From Lentisphaeria bacterium (GTDB taxonomy: Bacteria; Verrucomicrobiota; Lentisphaeria; JABSQK01; JAWLHB01): a stretch of DNA of 64,000 bases. The notes under the pieces were generated by a model that was not told the DNA's origin, ran no database searches, and was given only the letters and a program-made list of their open reading frames with translations. A program made the translations under genes and the position numbers. Of the stretch, positions 34,585 to 42,132 are shown in pieces. Position 1 is the stretch's first letter. Every line of letters starts with the position of its first letter. The DNA is taken from contig JAWLHB010000009.1 of NCBI GenBank assembly GCA_041690595.1, positions 62,001 to 126,000 of the forward strand, read 5' to 3'.

Positions 34585-36654
34585 ATGAAGATGCAAGCAA
34601 GCCAGAGCACCACCCTGAGCCTGACCCAACGCCTCCGCGGAGCACTGCTTGGCGCGGCCATCGGCGCGAAACTCGGCGCCATGCGGCTGATCAGCCCCGA
34701 AAGCGGTCACGCCGACAGCCCGGCCGACATGCTCACCAGGAGCCTGCAACCCGCTCCAGCCGATAGCGACGCGGCGGATCTTGCCATGGTAGACGTGGGC
34801 GTCCGCACCTTCCTTGCCGCCGGCGGCAGGGCAACGCCCGAGGATCTCGCCCCCATCTTTCGCGACCATGACGGCGTCGCCACCCCCTTGTTCAGCTTTG
34901 ATGGACTGCACACGATTCAGGAACTCCTCAAGGAGGGGATGCCAGCACGAATCAGCGGGATGGGCGCCTGCCTGAACGGGTACTGGGCGGCCGCGATGCC
35001 GGCAGTGGGCGCCTACCACTTCGCGCATCCCGATACCGCGTATCTCGACGGCGTCGAGTTGGCCTCCGTCGGTCAGCCACGGCTGGGCGCGGACTGGGCA
35101 GGTCTTGCCGCCGCCGCCGTTGCCGCGGCCTTTGCCCCCGAAGCGACGGGCAGCACCATCGTAGACAGGGTGCTTGATATCGCCTTCGAGCACAATCGGG
35201 ACCTCTTCTACGAGCTGGACATGCGTCGGCGCCTGCATAAGTCGCAGGATGAGAGCGCTTTTCTGGCGGAGTGGCATCGCGGCGCGGCAAACCCGCAGCT
35301 TCACAAGGATAATGTCTGGCATGCCTACAATCCCTGCTGGTTCATCCTGCCGGCGGTGGAGCGTTACCTGGACAAGCCGCGCGAACTGCTCGGCCTTCTG
35401 GTAAGCTCGCCGGACTACCGGCTGGTCACCCCCACCGCAGCAACCTTGGGGGGCGCCATGGCCGGGGCGGCACACGGAGAGGAGGCATTCCCCGCCGAGT
35501 GGCGAGCCTGGGCAGAGCCGCTTGCCAACTCCTGGATGGCGCTGGTCGACGTCGTGACAACACGCCTGCGGCACGAGCGGAAGATCGTCGCGGTCATCGA
35601 GGAACTCAGCAAGACGCCGACACCGAGCGGGGATTCGCTATTGCTGGACAAGGTGCGCGGCTGCCTCCTGGCCGGGGCCATCGGCAACGCGATGGGATCG
35701 CCCGTCGAAGGTCGCTCCTGGCAGGAGATCGACAACCGGCATCCCGGCGGCATCATGACGGTGCTCGATCCATCGCGCCTCGAAAGCGAGGACGACAATC
35801 AGATGGCGATGCACCTGGTCGAGACCTACCTGCGACTGGGTGGACGACCAGCCATGGCGCGCGATTTCGGACAGACCTGGCTTGCCCAACTCAACCGCCA
35901 CCACTTCTACCCCTTCTGCATGGGCCACGCCTACGAGCGCCTGCGTGCCGGGGACGATCCGCGCCTCATCGGCCACTGGTCCGTCGTCACGGGGTCGACC
36001 GTCATGTGCATGGAGCCGGTCGGCATCTATCGGCTTGCGGATCCGGAGTTTGCGCGCATCGAGGCGACGGCGATTTCCTACATGTACCAGCGCGGACTCG
36101 ACGTCACGGCGGCAGCCATTCTCAGCGCCGCCGTCGCCGAAGCCTTTCGTCCTCTCGCGACGGTGGAGAGCATCTGCGCCGCCGCACTGGCCGCCGCGCC
36201 GACAACGCCGCTCCGCACCTTCGATCAACGCCCTTTCGGCAGCTGCCGCGACTACCTCGAAGCCTGCCTGGAGGTCGCCGCCGATTACGACGACGTCCTT
36301 GCGGTGCGGCCTGCCCTCTACGAGCGGTGCCTGCTCTATCACATGATCGACCCGCTGGAAGTGATCGGCTTTTCCCTTGCCATCTTCCAGGTGGCGGACG
36401 GGAACGTCCGGGAGGCGGCCATCGGAGGAACGAACATTGGCCGCGACTCCGACACGATATCGGGACGCGCGGCGATGCTCTCGGGGCTTCTGCGAGGAGC
36501 CGGCAATGTGCCGGCCGAATGGGTCGCCATGTTCGGTCAGGCGGCAATCGACCGCATCGACCAGAACGCCAACCAATTCGCCTCGCTCATCCACACGGGG
36601 CCGCTTGCCCGCATGAAGAGCCGTCTCCAACTCGCCGATGAGCGTCCGGGCTAG
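34585..36654 (+). CDS. Tandem-domain ADP-ribosylglycohydrolase (ARH/DraG) family protein
   Basis: Two domains each beginning RG(A/C)LL(G/A)xAIG; domain 2 has GNAMGSPVEG, SEDDNQMA and GRDSDTI; AGGAG RBS before ATG 34585. Confidence 0.82.
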   Translation: MKMQASQSTTLSLTQRLRGALLGAAIGAKLGAMRLISPESGHADSPADMLTRSLQPAPADSDAADLAMVDVGVRTFLAAGGRATPEDLAPIFRDHDGVATPLFSFDGLHTIQELLKEGMPARISGMGACLNGYWAAAMPAVGAYHFAHPDTAYLDGVELASVGQPRLGADWAGLAAAAVAAAFAPEATGSTIVDRVLDIAFEHNRDLFYELDMRRRLHKSQDESAFLAEWHRGAANPQLHKDNVWHAYNPCWFILPAVERYLDKPRELLGLLVSSPDYRLVTPTAATLGGAMAGAAHGEEAFPAEWRAWAEPLANSWMALVDVVTTRLRHERKIVAVIEELSKTPTPSGDSLLLDKVRGCLLAGAIGNAMGSPVEGRSWQEIDNRHPGGIMTVLDPSRLESEDDNQMAMHLVETYLRLGGRPAMARDFGQTWLAQLNRHHFYPFCMGHAYERLRAGDDPRLIGHWSVVTGSTVMCMEPVGIYRLADPEFARIEATAISYMYQRGLDVTAAAILSAAVAEAFRPLATVESICAAALAAAPTTPLRTFDQRPFGSCRDYLEACLEVAADYDDVLAVRPALYERCLLYHMIDPLEVIGFSLAIFQVADGNVREAAIGGTNIGRDSDTISGRAAMLSGLLRGAGNVPAEWVAMFGQAAIDRIDQNANQFASLIHTGPLARMKSRLQLADERPG

Positions 36655-37781
36655 AGCAGCTCCGGCTGGATCATCGTGCGACTGCTCTCCCTGCCGCGGA
36701 TCTGTCGGTCAAGCTGCGCCAGAACCCCCTGCGCCAGCGCATCGATGGAAACGCAGACCCAGTCGACGGGCACCGGGCTGAAGAGGTCGATCTCCCGATT
36801 GCGATGGACCACCAGGCGCAGCTCCTCAGGCACCTTGACCGCGCACTCCTGCAGCGCATGAAAAACGCCGCGAGCGAGTTGATCGGGAAAGAGCAGGAGC
36901 CCATCCGGGCGCTCGGGCAACTGCTGCAGCCGCAGGAAACTCTCGTAACCGAATTTTTCCATGCTTGCCGGAAAGTCCGTCGCGCACCGGAACCATTCGG
37001 GCCGGACCTCGAGGCCTAGTTCCTGCGCCTGCTCCCAGAGCGAACGGTAGAGCACGACATCGGCAAAGGGGCCACCCGGCGCCGCCATGCCGGCCGTGGG
37101 CATGTGACTGATGATGCCGAGGCGGCGGCAACCGTGGCTCGCCAGCCGCTCGACCGCCAGCTTCGCCATGCAGGCATCGTCGACACAGACGCCGCCACGA
37201 ATCTCCTGATGCGTGATGCAGGCCATCGGCAGCCCCAGACGCTGAAGCCACGGGAGACTCTCCTTGTTGGCACAGGTGACCGCAATTGCCTGCACACGCC
37301 GATGCGTCACCGCCTCCTGCAAGGCCGGCAGTGGAGTCGTGCGACGAAACTCCGGTCGATGATCGAACCAGGCCTGGATGTTGGCGCCGCTCAATGCCAG
37401 GCGCTGGAAGACAGCGGTCGTTACCAGATTGGCAAAAGCGTCCGTGGCGTCGGCGGGCACATGATCGCAGTAGATGCCGGCCAGTTCCAGACGCCGCGGT
37501 TGGTCGGCCACGAAGGTCCCCAGGCGCGGCCGCCGCACGATCAGGCCGGCTTCGACCAGCGGCGTCAGCCCCGATTGCACCGTATACTGGCTGGTGTGCC
37601 AGATCCGCGCCAGTTCGCGAACATTGGGCAGGCGATCATCCGGCGCGAGCACGCCACGCATGATGAGATCACGCAGAAAGGCGGCGATCTGATGCTGCAT
37701 GGCGACGCCATTGACCGGTGTCAGGTCGGCATAGACGGCGTTGGACGGCATGGTGGGAAAGGAGTGTGGTGTGGTAGTCAT
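36651..37781 (-). CDS. GntR-family regulator with LacI-type ligand-binding domain
   Basis: RLPNVRELA...GLIVRRPRLGTFV; PDGLLLFPD, VKVPEEL. Confidence 0.88.
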   Translation of the reverse strand: MTTTPHSFPTMPSNAVYADLTPVNGVAMQHQIAAFLRDLIMRGVLAPDDRLPNVRELARIWHTSQYTVQSGLTPLVEAGLIVRRPRLGTFVADQPRRLELAGIYCDHVPADATDAFANLVTTAVFQRLALSGANIQAWFDHRPEFRRTTPLPALQEAVTHRRVQAIAVTCANKESLPWLQRLGLPMACITHQEIRGGVCVDDACMAKLAVERLASHGCRRLGIISHMPTAGMAAPGGPFADVVLYRSLWEQAQELGLEVRPEWFRCATDFPASMEKFGYESFLRLQQLPERPDGLLLFPDQLARGVFHALQECAVKVPEELRLVVHRNREIDLFSPVPVDWVCVSIDALAQGVLAQLDRQIRGRESSRTMIQPELL

Positions 37782-37793
37782 TACAAAACTAAC

Positions 37794-37822
37794 ATACTAC
37801 CCCATCCCGCCTCACCCGTCAA
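37794..37822 (-). promoter_or_regulatory. Putative sigma70 promoter of the GntR gene (very short leader)
   Basis: TTGACG-N17-TAGTAT, 12 nt upstream of ATG 37781. Confidence 0.55.
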
Positions 37823-37947
37823 GGCGCAACGTCTGCCAGCCACACCATCCCCAGGATCTTCCTCCCCCCAGCAGCCGTCGGCCGCAACCAAAGGTTTTCG
37901 GTCTCGGGGCTAAACTTCACGTCTTTCAACATCTGACGCTATCAGGA

Positions 37948-38111
37948 TAACCACGAAGAACACGAAGAGCACGAAGTTGACGATAAGTAATGATAACAAT
38001 CATTCCTGACTTTAGTACGATTGCCACTGACCTACCATTATTTTTTATACAGTCTATCAACACATCCTTCGTTCTCTTCGTGCCCTTCGTGGTTAAATAT
38101 TGTCCGATTCG
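37948..38111. repeat. Inverted pair of 9-nt-period CTTCGTG REP-like repeats (37948-37976 and 38066-38098)
   Basis: taaccacgaagaacacgaagagcacgaag versus ccttcgttctcttcgtgcccttcgtggttaaat, about 90 bp AT-rich spacer. Confidence 0.8.
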
Positions 38112-38144
38112 TTCTCCCGAAACCCTTGCACAGCAGACAAGGTT

Positions 38145-38321
38145 CTAGCGGATAGTAGTACGAAGAGCCTGATAAGCGTCTTGAGGCGCGCACCTGCCAA
38201 TCACCAAGTCCTTGAGTAATACCGATCTTTTCCCATACACGTAAAAGTGGAAGGCAAAAAGAATGAGGAAAGAAACGATCACAATGGCCACGCGCCAATT
38301 TTTCATCTTAGCTGAATCCAT
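38145..38321 (-). CDS. Small single-TM protein, 58 aa (not in the ORF track); possibly a truncated gene
   Basis: MDSAKMKNWRVAIVIVSFLILFAFHFYVYGKRSVLLKDLVIGRCAPQDAYQALRTTIR; GGGAG RBS upstream. Confidence 0.45.
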   Translation of the reverse strand: MDSAKMKNWRVAIVIVSFLILFAFHFYVYGKRSVLLKDLVIGRCAPQDAYQALRTTIR

Positions 38322-38468
38322 GAGTTACCGCTCCCGTAAAATCGCATCATAATCAAGATTCAGAAGCCCGCCCATCGTCTTCTGTCTTCACCGTGCACAA
38401 AACCTGGATCGTCGAGCCGTACGGTCGACGATAGACGTCCTCTTAGTATCGCACGGTTCAACGCCATT

Positions 38469-38990
38469 TCATTTATCATGAATAGCCTCGTTCTGCTTGT
38501 CTTTAGCTTGCTGCCAAGCCTGTGCCTGCTTGCTATCGATTCTCCGGAAGAATGCAACAAATTTTTCAAATGCCGTTTCGCTTTCATCAATGGGCAGCGT
38601 CCGCAAGCTTGGGTGATAGCGAAATGCCGATAGTTTGGCCTTCTCCGCTGCAGCAGGCCGATCAAGATCCTTGTTTAAATAGTACAGGCGAATGTAGCTA
38701 CAACCAATCGTCATATCGACAAAGTAACGTTGTCGTTCCGATGATAGCGTGGGCTGCAGACGCATCATTTCCGAAATCAGATCCCTCTGACTGATCAGCT
38801 TCAAAGCCGGATCGGTGGTAGACTCATAGGCAAGGAGAAAAGGGCGAGCCTTCCTCTCCAGCTTAATCAGCTCATCGTCGGTGCAGCTGCACCCAGTGGC
38901 ACATAACAGAAACACAGTGCCCACGGAGACCCACCAGCGCCAGTATCGGCATGGTTTGCTGAGAATCGTCGAGAACCTCGATATCTCCAT
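38469..38990 (-). CDS. Hypothetical lipoprotein-like helical protein
   Basis: GGAG RBS before ATG 38990; hydrophobic stretch ending in lipobox-like LCATG|C; AT-rich codon usage. Confidence 0.55.
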   Translation of the reverse strand: MEISRFSTILSKPCRYWRWWVSVGTVFLLCATGCSCTDDELIKLERKARPFLLAYESTTDPALKLISQRDLISEMMRLQPTLSSERQRYFVDMTIGCSYIRLYYLNKDLDRPAAAEKAKLSAFRYHPSLRTLPIDESETAFEKFVAFFRRIDSKQAQAWQQAKDKQNEAIHDK

Positions 38991-39068
38991 TTCACTATTC
39001 TCCCCACGATAACATTTGTCAACCCTGGCAAACTGCATCGACACGTTGAACCTTACGGCTCTCGCCAA

Positions 39069-39097
39069 CCTTCGTGCCCTTTCCGCTATTCGTGGTC
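39069..39097 (+). repeat. Degenerate copy of the CTTCGTG repeat between the island ORFs
   Basis: ccttcgtgccctttccgctattcgtggtc. Confidence 0.5.
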
Positions 39098-39129
39098 CGA
39101 TCCCGCCCCCCAAGCAGCGCTCACTCTTT

Positions 39130-39504
39130 CTACTGATAGTATACATACATTCCTGGCATCAATAGATACACTGCCACGGGTAATGCAATGACGGCCATAA
39201 CTGTGGCCATCCGTTTGTTCTGTCTCTTCTTGCCCAATAAGTCAACTCCCAAGTTTACTGCCAAGCTAATTGCGGCCAGCGTCATGCATTCAACTGGAAA
39301 GTTGGGAATGCCCTTGTCCTTCATTTCCGTCAAATGCATGACCCATAGAAAAAGAAAAGCTACAAAATGTGGGATCAAGAACCCCAACTGCACCATGCCA
39401 CGCATTCTTCTAATCAAGAACAAGGGGGCTCCAATCGCAAGGGTAACGAAGACAAAAACAATGAAGCCAGAGAAAAAAAAATCCTGACATAACAGGTTCT
39501 CCAT
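39130..39504 (-). CDS. Hypothetical membrane protein (about 4 TM)
   Basis: Four hydrophobic segments, AT-rich; no family recognised. Confidence 0.55.
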   Translation of the reverse strand: MENLLCQDFFFSGFIVFVFVTLAIGAPLFLIRRMRGMVQLGFLIPHFVAFLFLWVMHLTEMKDKGIPNFPVECMTLAAISLAVNLGVDLLGKKRQNKRMATVMAVIALPVAVYLLMPGMYVYYQ

Positions 39505-39579
39505 GTACCATATGGAATAATAGCTGGCGTTGATGGACTTTCAATGCTTCCACCAGACTTCTCGTCGCGGAGTATCTAT

Positions 39580-39639
39580 AGCCTATCAACCCATCCTTCG
39601 TGCTCTTAGCGCACTTCGTGGTTAAATCCGTCCGGTTCG
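39580..39639 (+). repeat. About 60-bp direct repeat of 38051-38111
   Basis: agcctatcaacccatccttcgtgctcttagcgcacttcgtggttaaatccgtccggttcg versus agtctatcaacacatccttcgttctcttcgtgcccttcgtggttaaatattgtccgattcg. Confidence 0.8.
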
Positions 39640-39859
39640 GATCCCCTTCTGGGTGACCGCAGTTTCGGATCTTACTCCACGAAGTACGTTGGAGGTGGGC
39701 GGACGCCTCATGCCCCTGATCTTGGCGCTGATTCTCCCGAAACTTTGTACAGAAAAGGGGCAACGTCCAACGCCGGGGCCACTCAGGCGAGTAGCGTGCC
39801 TAGGGTGCGCGCAATGGCAGGGCCGCTGGAAACGGCGTTAGGCGCCGTTCACTGAGTGG

Positions 39860-40834
39860 TTATGGATCGGTCGCCTGGGCCAGAAAGGCGGCCACAAGCG
39901 CTTCGACTTCCTCGACGTCGTGGCTCTCGAGCAGCTGCATGCGCAGCTCCTTGGCGCCGGGAAAGCCGGTAGCATAGGCTTTGTAATGCTTACGCATCAC
40001 CATGAAACTCTTGCGCTCGCCGAAGATTCGCAGGTAGAGGTGCGTGTGCTCGAGCATGACCCGGAGCTTCTCGCGCAGGGGTATAGAGGCGTCGTCCACC
40101 TGAGGATTGAAGAACCAGGGATTGCCGTAGACACCCCGCCCGACCATGATACCGTCGAGATCATGGCGAGCCGCAAGCTCTCTTCCTTCGGCAAGGGAGG
40201 TGACATCGCCGTTGCCGAGGATGGGGGTCTTGCTGCCGGTCCGCCGGACGCAGTCAGCGATTTCCCCCATCACCTCCCAATGCGCGGGCACACGCGACAG
40301 CTCGGCCCGTGTGCGGGCATGGACGGTGAGGGCCGCGGGTTCCGCTTCGAGCACCGCCGGTATCCATTCACAGAAGTCGATCCGATCGTAGCCAAGCCGG
40401 GTCTTCACGGAGATGGGGAGTCCGCCGCTTCCTCGCCGGGCAGCCAGCACGATATCGCGCAGGAGGGCGGGTTCGCGGGTGAGCGCCGCGCCGGCGCCCT
40501 GCTTTTCCACGCTGCGGTCGGGGCAGCCGGCATTGATGTCGATTCCGTCATAGCCAAGTTCGGCAACGAGGGTCGCGGCGCGCTCGATGTTGTCGGGATT
40601 GGAGCTGAAGATCTGGGCGACGATGGGGCGTTCCTCCACGGAGTACCAGAGATCGTGGAGGAGGCTTTCGCGTCCGCTCGAGCAGAGGCCGTCGCAGGAG
40701 ACGAACTCCGTCATGATGACGTGAGGCTTGCCGTACTTCGACCAGATGCGGCGAAAGGCCGCATCCGTGACGCCGGACATGGGGGCCAGGACAAAGATGG
40801 GGCGGGGCAGATTCTGCCAGAAGTCGGTGATCAT
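39860..40834 (-). CDS. dus: tRNA-dihydrouridine synthase family protein
   Basis: LAPMSGVTD, DINAGCP, GAGAAL, SVKTRLG, TVHART, GNGDV, MVGRG. Confidence 0.93.
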   Translation of the reverse strand: MITDFWQNLPRPIFVLAPMSGVTDAAFRRIWSKYGKPHVIMTEFVSCDGLCSSGRESLLHDLWYSVEERPIVAQIFSSNPDNIERAATLVAELGYDGIDINAGCPDRSVEKQGAGAALTREPALLRDIVLAARRGSGGLPISVKTRLGYDRIDFCEWIPAVLEAEPAALTVHARTRAELSRVPAHWEVMGEIADCVRRTGSKTPILGNGDVTSLAEGRELAARHDLDGIMVGRGVYGNPWFFNPQVDDASIPLREKLRVMLEHTHLYLRIFGERKSFMVMRKHYKAYATGFPGAKELRMQLLESHDVEEVEALVAAFLAQATDP

Positions 40835-40873
40835 GAGAGTAAACGCGGAGGTGGCTGGGTTGGGGAAAGGTGC

Positions 40874-41917
40874 TTACGGTGCCGTTTCCGGCCGCGTTGT
40901 CAACTGCTCCCGTGGAAACTTGAGGGTGATCGTCAGAACGACGTCTCCCTCCTGCAGTGCCTCCGCCTTCAGCTCGAAGAGGTAGTCGTTGCCCCTGTAA
41001 ATGGCCACGGCGCATGGATAGACGCTGGAGACTGCCTTACCGACGTGAATGCGGGGAACGACCACCTCGGAGAGGAATGGGTCCTGAGTATGGGTGTGCA
41101 GCTTGACCAGAAAGCGATGCGAGATCGGGTTGACGGCGGCTTGGGAGAGAAGGCGGCCGAGGATGCTGCCGGTTGGCAGGAGGTAATCCGCTCCGACAGC
41201 GCGGAACTTGGCTTCAGCCTCCTCATGATCGACGCGCACAACCGTCTTGAGGCCGGGGTTGAGACTGCGGGCGGAGACGAGAACGAAGAGGTTGGTCGTA
41301 TCGCTCGCGGTGGCGATAATGATGCTCCTCGCCGCGGCAATGCCGGCGCGCTTGAGGACATGGTCATCGGTGGGATCGCCGCTAAGGTATTCGCCGTCGC
41401 TGATGAGCTGGGCAAGCTGCTCCGAAAGCTGGTCGTAGGGTTTCTTGTCGACGATCAGGATGGGCCGGTTGTCCATGCGGCATTCAGCAATGATACTGGG
41501 CAGCATATCGAGTTCCGCGGTAACGATGGTGTGGTCGATGAGCTTGCTCATGCGCCAGCGCCTCCAAGTGGTTTCGAGGTTTCTGAAGAACGCTTCCAGG
41601 AGCACCAGCGAGACGCCCAGGAAGATGGTCGCGGGGACAAGAGCATTCATGATGGTTCCGATCTTGCCGGCAAAGGTAGTCGGATAGATGTCCCCGAAGC
41701 CAATCGTGCGGGTGGTGATCACCGTGAAATAGAAGGCGTCCATCAAGGTGAGGTTGGGTTCGACGAAATAATAGAAGACCGTGAAGAAGAGCATCATCAC
41801 CGCCATGAAAAGAAGCGATGAGATGGCATAGAAGCGAATGCTGCGCAGATTACCTGGCACGGGACCTCCTGTTGTGGTCGATCTCGGTTCTGTCACGTAA
41901 AGTAGCGGCGAATCCAT
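40874..41917 (-). CDS. Potassium channel protein (2TM pore plus RCK/TrkA-N domain)
   Basis: DAFYFTVITTRTIGFGDIYP selectivity filter; GDPTDDHVLKRAGI..A, ARSLNP, GADY; start uncertain (41917 or GTG 41896). Confidence 0.88.
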   Translation of the reverse strand: MDSPLLYVTEPRSTTTGGPVPGNLRSIRFYAISSLLFMAVMMLFFTVFYYFVEPNLTLMDAFYFTVITTRTIGFGDIYPTTFAGKIGTIMNALVPATIFLGVSLVLLEAFFRNLETTWRRWRMSKLIDHTIVTAELDMLPSIIAECRMDNRPILIVDKKPYDQLSEQLAQLISDGEYLSGDPTDDHVLKRAGIAAARSIIIATASDTTNLFVLVSARSLNPGLKTVVRVDHEEAEAKFRAVGADYLLPTGSILGRLLSQAAVNPISHRFLVKLHTHTQDPFLSEVVVPRIHVGKAVSSVYPCAVAIYRGNDYLFELKAEALQEGDVVLTITLKFPREQLTTRPETAP

Positions 41918-42003
41918 GCGGTGCCAATGCAAGCGTCTCGCCAGAATGCCAGCAGTCACGCAGGAAGAGGATTGGCGCCAGCGACTTTTTGGGCCGGGCA
42001 GGA

Positions 42004-42031
42004 TTGACATCCGGCGGAAGACCGGCATAAT
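42004..42031 (+). promoter_or_regulatory. Putative sigma70 promoter of the kinase operon
   Basis: TTGACA-N16-CATAAT. Confidence 0.55.
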
Positions 42032-42132
42032 AAGGTGGCAACGAATCGGGTGCCAGCCCCGGCAGCACAGGCACTGCCCCGGTGGAGGTTACGAAGGGGC
42101 CAGCGCCACAACATCCAGCAGGGTTCTAACGC

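Noticed and set aside
38051..38098. CTTCGTG repeats as integron attC sites (contain GTTAAAT / ATTTAAC)
   Set aside because: A single copy is not internally palindromic and lacks L boxes and a matching second core site.
38991..39146. Upstream extension of the 225-aa island ORF
   Set aside because: Runs through the repeat copy and overlaps the next gene; RBS and signal-like sequence favour ATG 38990.
37948..39639. Island repeats as a CRISPR array or IS terminal repeats
   Set aside because: Spacing is irregular and gene-sized, orientations are mixed, and there is no transposase or cas gene.
39920..41821. 633-aa plus-strand ORF
   Set aside because: Antisense to dus and the K+ channel, both of which have clear motifs.
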